Below are positions 1 through 11,715 of a stretch of DNA of 64,000 nucleotides, one piece after another. A program made the position numbers and the translations under genes. This DNA comes from Basidiobolus meristosporus CBS 931.73. Lineage: Eukaryota; Fungi; Basidiobolomycota. The notes beneath the pieces are model-generated. The model had not been told where the DNA came from. It searched no databases and was given only the letters and a program-made list of their open reading frames with translations. The stretch is taken from contig MCFE01000225.1 of assembly GCA_002104905.1 (NCBI GenBank), positions 58,662 to 122,661 of the forward strand, read 5' to 3'. Within the stretch, counting starts at the first letter, position 1. The number at the start of each line of letters is the position of its first letter.

Positions 1-187
1 AACTTCCTACCTATTTTAACTCTATTAACTTCCTCTGTTGTCCTATTTCTTAGCAAGGTCATAAACCCGTCATAGCATTTCGCAAACTATCGAGTTGAGC
101 TCCTTGTGTTTACACGCATTCCCTAGCGGTTGTTAGTTGCTGCACATCTGTGTGACATAAAGGTGGTTGTATTGTCCGGTTAAGAGA

Positions 188-3100
188 ATGATACGGGACA
201 AGAGAAATGAGACTGCACTTTCGAAGTCAGCTCCAACGCCCAAGTATCTAGAGGACAATAGAAACATGCTTTGTGTAGCTCCTTTTAACTCAGTGATCGG
301 TGAAAACCAGGATACAACTGAATGGAGAGATAGTTCCAGTGGAATGCCTACTTCTTACAATTCGGCACCAAGCGTCAAAGACCCAAAAGACAACATTAGC
401 ACCGCACCCGCACCCTTCCACTTAGAGTAGACACAGCCCATGGTATGTATCCTCTAGCTAAACTTGGGTTGCGGGAGGAATTGATAAAGAACAGGCCACG
501 CTCCAAATCGATGCAACGTTGGAACTCGTATTGCACCCATAAACCTTACAGTCTGACAAATGCTACTGGCACTCGACTCAACACCCCAAAGATATTTGAC
601 ATTTATCCAGGCTCTCTTCCTAATAGCCAGCAGGGCTCAATGTTACCTCAAAAGACGACAGAATTCAAGCCGGCCAAGACAGCTCACAGGGCTTTTGAGC
701 GTATATCGAAGCCAAACAGAGCACGCAACTCGACTCTTACGGCAGCTCTGAACGCGGTAGACTCATCCTCAGAACAGGAAAAAACGAAGATGAACCTGGA
801 GAAGTATAAGCACGCCATGTCAACAATCACTAAGAAATCTCTGATGGATTTGGGCGAGAGTGTGTCGGCACTGCCTGCCCATTCTGGGCAAAGCTCGGCT
901 CAGACGAAAAATAAGAAAAACCTAACACTGGAGAACATTAACTCAAGAGCACACCCGGATGGTCCGAATTTATTATCGGCTTGTTCGTTGACTGACTCTA
1001 CATCCTCTTGCACCAGTGCAGGCTCTGGCCGACTCCCCGTATCTCCGTTTGTCTCGCCCGCGTCTAACAAAAGTTCCTTTGAGCCTGAACTATCTTCATC
1101 CCCACGAAAACACCCAGGTTTCTCGAAACCAGTCCCAGTCCCCAAAACAAAACTAAGGATTGATGAAGCAAAAATGGTTGAGTCAAGCTCGTTCTCGAAA
1201 ACCCACATCAAGCGTCCTTCAACGCCTTCCTCACTTCGAAATGTATTGAGCGCCCATAATTCAGATGCTGAGGATGCCAACAATCAAGGTATGGAATGCC
1301 ACCTATCCTCATTGAAGGAGTTGAAATTTAACCCATCGTGTTATCCCAGGCCATAAATACATCCCTCATCTTGGAGACAGGGCAAAGATAGACGCAGATA
1401 CCCTAGGCACAGACTCCTCCACCCACTCTGAATTCGATGATGATGATTGCGAAAGCAATTCCTCTGAGATTTCTTTCAACTTCTCTGGCAACCGCTTTCG
1501 CAAATCGAGTCTACTGACCGAATCTATGTCCAAGCCACCAAATGATAATTTCTCGGCATTAGGATTGATTGATGAAAGGTTTTCGGCGTCTAGAGTAAAG
1601 CAAAGTATCTATGAAGAACTCAAGGCTGCAAAATCCAGAGCCGACCTGCAGATTCGATTACTCTTGGATCAGCTTTATCAAAATTTCGACGATGAAAAGC
1701 TGCCTGATGATCCCTCGTACATGAATACCATGGGCTCTGCACGGCCCAATAAACCACCCAAAGAATTCTCGAGACCCCAAAGCTGGCCCCCAACTGTTCT
1801 GAGTGAGTATCAGCCATTCACTTTTACTCAATACATCCCCTTGCTAACCATAGGATCTGCCTTGAACAGCATCATCGCACATTATGCTGTTATCGCGCAT
1901 AGAATACCTGGCTCGACAAATCTTGGATGTCAGCATCGAAGACCTCAATCAAAAGGGGAAGGCTGGAGAAATCATGGCCCACATGTACCAGCTTTTGGAT
2001 GAGCAGAAAGCGCTAGCAGTTGGGAACGCTCAGGTAGATGAGCTTCTTACCAGTCTGGTATGGATTTTTGCCCCATGTGCACGCTTAGCAGGTGATCTGG
2101 TAAGAATTGGCCGAGCTGTTTTTTGTGTTGTGTTACGCTGGCATTAATCCATCATGTTTGTTTAGCAAAAAATCAAGGATGAACCAATGGTTCTCGACAC
2201 CAGTGAGCTGATTCGAGTTGAAACACCGACCATCCTTGAGTTTGCCTCACCGTTTCGACCTACGTCACCTTTGAGGAATGAGTACTCTCAGGAAGACCCC
2301 GCTCCTGAGCTAACGTTATCACGACCGTTGTTTACTCCTCCTGTACTGGACACTATTCCAGCTAGCCCAGACCAGAATGTACCGCATAGCCTTTCGTTCC
2401 AACATCTGGCCATTTCGCCAACTCCTGCAACCCCAAGCCCCGTACTTGCGACATCCCCCACATTGACAGCATTAACCCCGATACAAAGCCCTAGACCACA
2501 GCCAACTTTAGCTAAAGCAATAGTTACTTCGCGTATTTTAGATTCAGCCTCGAATTCTCCACCGCTGTTGGAGAGGAGAAGAGTCTCCGAAGGCGCAGTT
2601 CAAATACGTCCAAACCATCTTATTCACCGCAGTACTGCCATGGATGATAGCATTACTCACATGCGCACCGGGTCTGATATCGACCAGGTATTCCTAAACC
2701 ACGATTTGGAGAGGGAGTTGATGTTACGTCGAGGCACCAGCGACCGGATTTCCCCAAAAGCAAAGGAGCAACGGAAGGTAGACTTGATCTCTTCATCTAT
2801 CTTCCGATTCAATTGACTGACTTTTATCACCAGAGCGGACGACAAGTGTTGAATTTTTTCAGGTCTCTGAAGCTATCAATGTCTGGAGGGTCTAGCTCCC
2901 TCTCGACACCTTTTGAGACGCCTCCCCATACACCTACGTGCTTAAACAATCGTCCAGATGAGGACAGTTTGTGCAGGCCGCGGCTGGTATCCCCAACAAA
3001 CTCCCACCAGCTATCCAAAGAGAACCTGCCTTTTGATGAGTCGAAAACCGGGACACCGATTATGGCGGAGATGATATTATGTCGCATATGCGAGGAAGAG

Positions 3101-6086
3101 ATCCCATCTCATCAGCTAGATCAGCATTCGGAGCATTGTGCCATTACTCAGCAGTTCCATATCAAGCAAGACGAGGTTAATATTGGCCTTCAACGACTTG
3201 CTGGATCAGTGGCCAGGAGACGACAGGAGTTGATGGTTAGCTCTTCGTAGATTCGAGTCCATGTAATAAGCAACTCACGTCTAATTGCATCATAGCAAGG
3301 TGGCTGTAGTAATCGCACGATCAAAGATGCCGAAAACATCGAACACATGGTTAACAAGTAAGTAAGCCGCATACAAATGGTCAGCTGCATCTATATTGAC
3401 AGTATTGCGTGACCAGAACTATCAGGATCAACGAAGCAGGGAAATATGCCAACACAAAGTTCCAGAAATACCGCGACAAACTTAACCGAATTGTCGGTAG
3501 CACACCGAGTTCCGGAATTGACATTCATATTATTACCTATGCGAACAGAGCCGCCGATATGGTTAGTAACAGAAGCCTGGAATATGGCCCCTGCCATCCT
3601 CTAACTTGTGTTGACTAGATTCAGGAGAAGGCAGCAATCATGGCCAATTTCCAAGCCACTTACACATCCAACTACTCTAACTCTATCTCCTCTGCTAATC
3701 TGAGCTTTCGATCTGGGCACGAGCTTGCTGGGAACTCAAATGGCTTAAGCTTATCGAGCAATTACGGCCACAGTCACTCACGCAGCAGCTCAGCTTCTAA
3801 GCACTCCAACTCTGGTAAGCCCAAGCACTCTCCACTGAATACGTAAGCGTTTTCTAAACAGCGTATCTGTAGAATCAGATTCTCCGATGGTTGGAACATC
3901 TGGATCCAAGAGGCTGGTCTCTCTCTTTACTGCCATTCTTCGAGGCGGTAGCAAGCGATCCCTATCCTACTCTGGATCCAGTAATACTCTTGAAAAAACG
4001 GTAATTCAGCCACTTGGTACACCATCTCGCCAGTCTCCAATCTAACCGACTGTCTTTAAGACGCAGAGAAGCGCAAGAATGCCAAGCATTCGTGATTTCG
4101 AAATATTGAAGCCAATCAGTCGAGGTGCCTTTGGTAAAGTGTATTTAGCGAGGAAGCGGACCACACACGACCTGTACGCCATCAAGATCCTGAAAAAATC
4201 CGACATGGTCCGTAAGAATATGGTCAGTCAAGTCATGGCCGAGCGACGTGTGATGAGCCTTGCGAAGACCCCGTTTGTGGTGAAGCTTTACTATGCATTC
4301 CAATCTACTGACTATCTGTACCTGGTAAGAAAGCATACGATGGCACACGGGAAATCTTAACCTCATCCGTTTCTGTTGTTCTAGGTGATGGAGTACCTAA
4401 TTGGTGGTGATCTTAGCTCCCTGCTGCAAATCATGGGCGCTTTTGAGGAGGACATGGCTCGCATTTATGCTGCCGAGACCGTCCTAGCACTTGAGTACCT
4501 ACATAATAACGGCATTACCCATAAGGACCTGAAGCCAGATAATTTGTTGATCGACTCCGAGGGTCATATCAAATTAACAGTAGGCCCATCTCTTAGAGCT
4601 CGATTCATGAAGGCTGTACTAAGCTTATCATCCACAGGATTTTGGCTTGTCCAGAATATCGGTAAAGGAGAAGGAATCATACTCTGGGTCTTCAACCGAA
4701 AAGATGGTACGATCTAATAATAATAACCCAATGCTCGGATATGGATTCGCTCAATTGTCGTTCATTCTTGTTTCTAGAATCTCCGAGGGACGCTGCGATC
4801 TCATAAAAACCTTCGTCGTGCGGCCCTTGAGCAATCTTTCCAGCCCATGTCTCCACACGGTTCCTTGCGAGGGACATTGAGTCGAGATAAAATCGCATCT
4901 GCGCGTCTTCATGCTCTGAAAAGTGGCATTGTGAGGGATACCAAGCTGCTGGGAACCCCTGACTATCTTGCCCCCGAACTGCTAACCGGAGTAGGCCATG
5001 GTAAATTCACAATTGTTGTGCATTGAACAAATTCGATAGGTAACCAATGTATACCTAGGCCCTGCCGTTGACTGGTGGGCGCTAGGAGTATGTTTGTTCG
5101 AGTTTCTAGTAGGTTATCCCCCGTTTATGGATGAGACTCCCGAGAACATATTTAAAAACATCTTGAATCACGGTTAGTTGTGCATACCCATCTACATTTC
5201 TACTCAAACCAACTAACTCCCGATTTAGCGATTGATTGGCCACCCGAAGGCATTTTATCAGATACTGCCAAGGATCTGATTTCTAGACTGCTAACAGTTG
5301 ATCCTGAAGCTCGGTTGAAATCGCAAGGTATTACACATTGATGTTACCATCATGCTAAGCCTCAGGCTGACTTTCCTCTCCCAAGACGTCAAGAAGCACC
5401 CGTTCTTCAATGGAATCAATTGGGACGACATGAGACAGCACGAGCCACCGTTCATTCCTGATCCCATTGATCAGCTGGATACGAGCTATTTCGATGGTTA
5501 GTGGCTGCCGAGACAACAACCGAAGTGAACCATTGCTAAACCATTGCACATCCATATAGTTCGCAATATGCGTGCCGATATCCGTGGTCTCTCTACAACT
5601 AGCTTAACAGACGTTGACAACACCCCGCAGGCGGTTACTCCTCACACTCCATTGATGGACATCACAAATCCGATAGACGAGGACTCCTCCAAAGACATCA
5701 ACTCGCTACCTGCACTCGTGTCCCCGAAAAGAGACCGACGAATCTCGGTACTGCGAAGAGGGAAAAGCACCAGGCTCATCGATCCGCTGCCCATACCACG
5801 ACCACCAAGCGTTCTAGACCCAGAGTTCGACGCGTTCATGTACAAGAACGTGGATCTTTTGAACGAGACCAATAAGAAAAAATCATCCATGATCATCACT
5901 GCCCAGCAGAAGCAACAGCTGCAACAACAGTTTGACCAGAGCGAGAATTCTCTACCACTTCAGCACGAACACCTTCGCAAGTCCGAACGAAGCGTGTCTT
6001 CTGGCAACTTGCTGGTGAGCCCTTCGCCACCAAGCGGCACCCATCTCGCCAGATCCAAATCCTACGCCTCCTCATCCGCCAACTAG
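188..6086 (+). CDS. Rim15/Cek1/Greatwall(MASTL)-like AGC Ser/Thr kinase, 18 predicted exons, ~1,620 aa
   Basis: Manual splicing gives one continuous frame. Exons: 188-426, 495-1288, 1350-1802, 1870-2099, 2166-2777, 2834-3235, 3296-3357, 3417-3561, 3619-3814, 3873-4000, 4061-4324, 4385-4579, 4638-4706, 4778-5000, 5059-5172, 5229-5327, 5386-5496, 5560-6086 (4863 nt, all GT-AG). Motifs: [51 protein letters not shown] tail PFIP..DTSYFD and FDAFMYKN. The [14 protein letters not shown] zinc motif is typical of Rim15/Cek1/IRE kinases. The N-terminal exons are least certain. Confidence 0.9.
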
Positions 6087-6536
6087 GCTCCTTCCCCATG
6101 TATTTTTACCGTGTCTATGTAATATCCGATCATTCTTTAACCCGATCCACTGTTCCCGTTGGGAGATGTACCATTATTTTATTTCCCTAACCTCGGCTCA
6201 AAATCCATATCATATCCAGCACTTTAGGCGCAGATCTACTAAATCTTCTAGAAATCCCGACCATTTCTACTATTCACCACCACTATTCTGCCTGCCCACT
6301 CCCCATCTCCATCTCCATCCCCCTCTGCCAAATAAACCGGTCTCTCTGAAGTAGAGGAATGTTTATATTGCTTCAACCCAAAAAAAGAAATGTCCATGTA
6401 AAGATATGTATGCGAAAGCAGAGAAGTATAGTTCGGATTAATTCTAAATATGCGTGAACGGGTGGCGAGGATAGTTGGCTGATATATGCAAGACTGGATT
6501 AAATGCGCAGCTAATCAATTTCTCTCGGTGACAAAA

Positions 6537-8727
6537 TCAGTTGCTGTGGTAGCTAGAGAGGGAGTTAGAGCGCGCCATGGAGGCTGCTGCTAGTGCGGGG
6601 TCTCTGCCGGGATGCTCCGATGTGTTGTTAGGAGGTTCCGAGATTTTCTTCTCGTAGAATTCGAAATCGTCTAGAATGGAAGCCTTGTGACGATACTCCA
6701 AGAACATCTTGAGCATGTCCTGACCCGCCTCTTCATTCAACTCTTGCGTATCCCTGCTATTTGTGACCGGCTTGTTGTTGTTAAGCCTATGGAGGAGGAT
6801 TAGATTCAAGCAGGAGGCCAGGCTTCTTTCTTTACTTACGGGACTATGATGTGGCGAAGATGCGCGTTGGGGATATCTTTCACGAATATCCACTTCAGGC
6901 TGAAGATCCCTTTCCACTTGTTTTGAGCCCAGACTGTACTATTTGTACTGTAATCCAAAGGAGTTAACATCTGGGCAGCTCCGCAGAAGTGTCCGCTAGG
7001 GATTGCACATGTGAGTCTTTTGCACTTCGGCACATTGAAATAACACGGCTATACCTTCCATTCACACTGAAAAAGAGGTACACGGGTCCTCTAGTGGAAT
7101 TCTCTTTGAAAGCCTTATCAAGTCTTCTATTACCCATCTCGGTACTGGTCCAAATGTGGTACTGTTCGAAATTAAGGTCAGCATCGGCGTGGGAGGGGGG
7201 GTAGATCGCCAACCTGGCTTACCTTTAAAGATTTATGTACATCGTCTTCAGTGAACGATTTGATGACAAAATAACGGGCCTGGAAAGTCAAAACTGGTAA
7301 ATCCATCATGTGAAGGAAATTCCGTGGTTATGGTTAAGCTTACGTTAGCAGGACTGGTGTTGAACGATTTAGGGTTGTAGAGCGATAGAAGTTCAGGGTT
7401 TGTACATTTCCCCATTCGACCTGAGATCCTAGGTTGTGTTGCGGCAGGGGCTGCCGAGTGATTGCCGGTGATTCCCCTTTGATTCATGTCGAATTGTGAA
7501 CCATTTGCGTTTAGAAATCGCATGTTTTCGGGCATGGGATTTCCAAAGTTACTCCACCCCTGCGTATTATGACGTGCACCAGCACTGCTCAACCCGTCTA
7601 GAAAGCCAAGAGAGGTCAGAAAAGCTCGCTCCAAGGAAATCAAATCGTCGGGGGTCTGTACACCCGATCGACAACACTGGCCTGTCATACCTGAGGCAAA
7701 AACCGCACCTATATTTCTTCCTGGGAGGTTTGGGCTTGTATCCCGGCGTCGATCAACGTATTGATGAGGCTGAAATTCGTGGTTTGCTGTATACATGTTA
7801 TCAACTCCAATGCTGCCATTTCCATCGTTTAAATACGCTTCAGAAAAGGTTTTGGAAGAAGGTGATGTTAAAAACTGGGTTGAAATTACCAAAACATGCA
7901 TATCCATGCCACACACCTCCACCTGCACGTCTCCCACCGTATCTAGGGTTTTGATAGAACATCCTGTTGGACTCATCAGAGGCTCCACCATATCGCGTTC
8001 CAGCTGAGTTTCCAAAAGATTCTCCATTACGTCCAAAATTCTCCCCAGTGCGATTACTACTGTATCTAGGCTGGTTTTCCAGCTTCGATAATGAGCGATA
8101 ATCATTTCGAGCATACGAAAAGGGGTGAGCATCGGTTGCAGGTGTCGAGAGGGTCTGATTCTCTAATAGATTGCTAGGTAGTAGACTTGCTTCCGCTCTA
8201 GATGTTTCTTCGTATCTTGTATTACGCTGCGGTATCGTAGGATTGTAAACCGGCTGCGAATCAGTAGACCATATATTCTTGGAAGGGTTTCTGGAAGGAA
8301 AATTGCTCTAATGAAGGGCACACTCCCATGTCAGCCAGAAGGTATGTGAAAGGAAGGAAAACATTCAGAATAGCAACCTGGGCGTTTCTCTGCTCGAAAT
8401 ATGCGCCTCTGTTTCCGGAGCTGAGCGAGCCACGAGAGTCGGCACGGTGGTGAGGGTCTATGGAGATATTACGGTGTAAGAATATAGAACGAATGTAAAT
8501 TGAACGAGTCATCTTTTGTTGAAAAAGAAAAAACCTAAAGGTTCTGTTGAATAAAGCCCCTGGGTATCCAAAAATACATTCGACCTATACGAAGTGTTGT
8601 GCTCGTCAGAAGCGAAGCCAGGCGGAAAGTTTACGCCTGCAGCATCGGTCTTCCTTGGATTCCCCGACTGAGCATGTCGTAAGTAAGAATCCGGTATGGC
8701 TTCGCTTTGAAAAAAGGAATGGTTCAT
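6537..8727 (-). CDS. YTH-domain m6A reader, YTHDF/Pho92-like, multi-exon
   Basis: Spliced minus-strand exons give [19 protein letters not shown]|[27 protein letters not shown]|[53 protein letters not shown], with both aromatic-cage Trp residues. The N-terminus is long and low-complexity. The start at 8727 is tentative. Confidence 0.9.
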
Positions 8728-9121
8728 GGTGAAAAAGGAAATGTCTTTGACTGTACTAAGAAATGTATGGACAGGCGCTTGGATTAGGGTTGTTTATGCT
8801 TAATTTAAGTCAAGCATACCTAACTTGACAAGAACAAGCTACCAACAAAAAAAGAAGACATTCATTTATTCATGTTTTCCAGCGACTTATCACAGCTTGT
8901 GGAACACCAAATTTCATCTGAGTCAACGACTACCAATTCCACCCTTTTGCCTCGGGCCCTCCGCCAATGGGCCCCAAGAAGCTTCCTGAATGACAAAGGA
9001 ACCAATTGAAGTCTCGATAATAAATGTCGATAATTTATTCAACAAAATCTCTACAAATTATAAATCAACAAATTCCTAATATCATACAGAAATATTGCTC
9101 AAAGAATGTTGAATGAGATGT

Positions 9122-9553
9122 TTATTGGCGAGCAGCGGCGGCAAGCTCGACCAAGCCATCCTTCTTCTTGTATTGGGAGTCTTGGATAACGGCCTGGGTG
9201 GCATCAGCACTGTAGTCACCAGCCCATTGAACGAAGGTGGTGTTGTCGTGGGTAACTGGGAGAAGCTTGAAGCTGTGCATGGAGGACATGAAGTCGGTGG
9301 CAGGCTCGGATTCGATGACCTCATAGGTGACGGTATGACGAAGATCGGACAACTCGACGATCTTGAACACTTGGACGGTGCCGTCCTTGAAAATGACCTT
9401 ACGAGTAGAACCAACCTCAGCAGAAGTACCGTTCTGAACCTCGACGGACTCAACAAGACTCCAGAACTTGAAGTTGCATTCTCTGACCATAGACCAGACA
9501 GCGTTGACTGGAGCAGGAATGACGTGAGATTCGACGACGTGAGACACAGACAT
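9122..9553 (-). CDS. SRPBCC / Bet v1-like (polyketide cyclase/dehydrase-2 fold) protein, 143 aa, intronless
   Basis: Clean ATG-to-stop ORF. N-terminal VIPAPVNAVW, then GSTRKVIFKDG, TVTYEVIESEP, TFVQWAGDY and a C-terminal helix match the START/SRPBCC pattern. Confidence 0.8.
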   Translation of the reverse strand: MSVSHVVESHVIPAPVNAVWSMVRECNFKFWSLVESVEVQNGTSAEVGSTRKVIFKDGTVQVFKIVELSDLRHTVTYEVIESEPATDFMSSMHSFKLLPVTHDNTTFVQWAGDYSADATQAVIQDSQYKKKDGLVELAAAARQ

Positions 9554-9781
9554 GGCTTCTATTGATTGTTACCTAGGCGAAAAGGTGCCGTTTCCTCCTT
9601 CTCAGAGTTCTTAAATATTGCTGAAATTTCCTTGCATGGGTTTCGGATCCCAGATGCATTCTCCAATATCATTGGTAAAAAGGAAAAAAAATCATGTTGC
9701 CAAATTAAGGTGGAAGAGCATGGAACAACTGTATTCAATCTTTATGCTATTTATTAGGAGAGTATTCCTGAACACTGTCCG

Positions 9782-10258
9782 TTATGCTTGTTGAGAGGCT
9801 CCCAGGTATTCCTGAATACTATCGACCACAAGCTGGTGATCGTCTTGCTGTGCGAGACCAGACACTGCAATCGCGCCCACAATGCCCACATTTTTAATGG
9901 TCAGCGGGAAAGCACCACCGTGGGCAGCGTACTCCTTCTCAGACACCATGTACTTCTCCTCGATGCTTTTTCCCTGGCTGCCGATATACTGGCCAACGTA
10001 GTACGAGCTATGACCGAATCTCAGAACCGTGCGAGTCTTTCTTTGGATCCATTCCCCATTATCTGGACAAGTTCCATCCATGGCGAAGTGAAATAGCCTC
10101 TGGTTGTTGCGGGAGATATCGATGGTTACTGGCTTTCCGTTTAATGCCCTGGCCTTGGACAGGATCAGCAGTCCAAGCTGGAGCGCATCCTCGTTGGTAA
10201 ATTTCTCGAACTGAAGCTCGGCCTCTTGGGTCAACAGAGTGTTAAGTAATTGAGTCAT
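9782..10258 (-). CDS. Heme-degrading domain protein, UPF0303 / GlcG-HbpS-like family, 158 aa, intronless
   Basis: Family motifs FTNEDALQLG, NGEWIQRK..TVLRFGHSSY, YAAHGGAFP and VSGLAQQDDHQLV. Confidence 0.85.
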   Translation of the reverse strand: MTQLLNTLLTQEAELQFEKFTNEDALQLGLLILSKARALNGKPVTIDISRNNQRLFHFAMDGTCPDNGEWIQRKTRTVLRFGHSSYYVGQYIGSQGKSIEEKYMVSEKEYAAHGGAFPLTIKNVGIVGAIAVSGLAQQDDHQLVVDSIQEYLGASQQA

Positions 10259-10863
10259 GACTGCAGGTCTCTACTCTATGGGGATCCTCACCCAATCTAT
10301 CGAATTTATAGTTTTTGTGATCTTTGACGTCATACTTTTCTGACTAATCAGTCCAATCAGTTCTGCACGAACAACAGTTACTGGAACACAGACCTTCATT
10401 CTGAAAGATCTTGCTGATAAGTAGGAAAAGACCCATACTGTCAATACGATATGCACTGTTCCATTGACCAAGTCCTCCATTCGATGGACTAGATAGTATA
10501 TTCGAGATTATGTTCTCCAGAGATTTGGTGATGAAAGAGCGTACGTTCGGTGCTCCTGGTGGCTGGATGGATCCTTTTGTATTCTCAAACTTCTACTATT
10601 TCCCGGATTCACATTAGGCATAGCATGTAGTCGTACATATTTACATAAAGATATTGAGTTTGACGCCTCCTCCTTGGTGTAGAAGCTATCACTCAGAAAT
10701 CTATCTTCAAGTTCTTTGTTTGTGAGGTACCAGCCCCATATTAATCACACGCCTATTTCAAGAGTGGCGAACATACTAGCAAGGAAATCATCGACTCCTG
10801 AAGATAAAGCTCTGACTACTCTTACTAGCGCGAACATGGTATTTTATTAATGCCCTCCACGGG

Positions 10864-11250
10864 TTACTGGTTGGACGAGGCCTGTCTCACGACATAGTAA
10901 TTGCCGTATAGTTCCTTTGCATGTCGAAGTAAACCACGCCCTTTCACTTCCTTGGAGTAGAGCGCCTCCTCCGGTCTGGTAACCTGAAAGCTCACGGTTT
11001 TTTCAGGGGTCAGTCTTATTAATGGCTCGACTTCGCCAACCTCCACTTCCTGGATCTTCCCGACCAGATGACACAGGTCGTTTACATCCTTAGTCAAGAC
11101 CTCCAATTTCTCGGGTGAAAAGTGGAGGTTTGAGAGCTTGGAAAGATGGGAGAGTTCATCTTTAGTAATAACACCTGACGAGTGTACTGTGCTGGTGGGT
11201 AGTAGGGAGCGAACTGACCAACTGGGCTTCGGTTTGAGATACTGAAGCAT
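10864..11250 (-). CDS. gatC: GatC-like Glu-tRNA(Gln) amidotransferase small subunit, probably mitochondrial
   Basis: ITKDELSHLSKLSNLHFS..LEVLTKDVNDLCHLVGKIQEVEVGEVEPL follows the GatC helical pattern. It also has PSWSVRSLLP near the N-terminus, as in fungal GatC/GatF, and a C-terminal YYVV. An upstream exon cannot be excluded. Confidence 0.7.
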   Translation of the reverse strand: MLQYLKPKPSWSVRSLLPTSTVHSSGVITKDELSHLSKLSNLHFSPEKLEVLTKDVNDLCHLVGKIQEVEVGEVEPLIRLTPEKTVSFQVTRPEEALYSKEVKGRGLLRHAKELYGNYYVVRQASSNQ

Positions 11251-11357
11251 GGTGAGGTATCTACTAGTTTATCTTGGCTTGGTTCTATTCAGCACAAATT
11301 TTTATCGAGGCTCAACTCCTGATCAGCTTGGTTAACCTGATACACTACAACCTGAAC

Positions 11358-11433
11358 AAAGTTAGCCCGCATCTATGCAGATTTCATGATTTTGGCCCTA
11401 AAGTTAGCCCTCGTTTATGCGGATTTCATGGTT
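11358..11433. repeat. Imperfect 42-bp tandem duplication in the GatC/HVA22 divergent intergenic region
   Basis: AAAGTTAGCCCGCATCTATGCAGATTTCATGATT at 11358 and AAAGTTAGCCCTCGTTTATGCGGATTTCATGGTT at 11400. Confidence 0.7.
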
Positions 11434-11715
11434 CTGACACATGCACCTCGAAAACGTGGTGAGATCGGTTGATCTTCGCGGCACAGTGCGGGATATTTTA
11501 TCCTGGAGATTAAGGGGAAGAGGGTTTGACACCAGTTTTACACCATGCAGCCATGCTCCTGGATGTTTCTAATCGATAATTGCCCCGTTAAAAATAGATG
11601 CGAACGGGATATCCCTGAAGAAACCATTCTCCTTGATGCCATCTCTAATTCTTGCAAGCTTCTTCCTTTGCTAAACTGTCCTAAATCCTAACCCCCAAGT
11701 ACGCACTTTGAGTCA

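Noticed and set aside
9122-9553. Horizontal transfer or secondary-metabolite cluster suggested by the polyketide cyclase-like fold
   Set aside because: The C-terminal SDA..VIQDS.YKK pattern resembles native fungal Bet v1-like proteins as I recall them, and no PKS or NRPS gene is nearby.
9113-9565. Antisense and alternative-frame ORFs over real genes (e.g. 9113, 9082, 9788, 900, 7496, 12306)
   Set aside because: They shadow better-supported coding frames and have no recognisable motifs.
10271-10850. Possible small gene between the UPF0303 and GatC-like genes
   Set aside because: Only a 69-aa ORF with a non-ATG start and no motif or convincing splice pattern.
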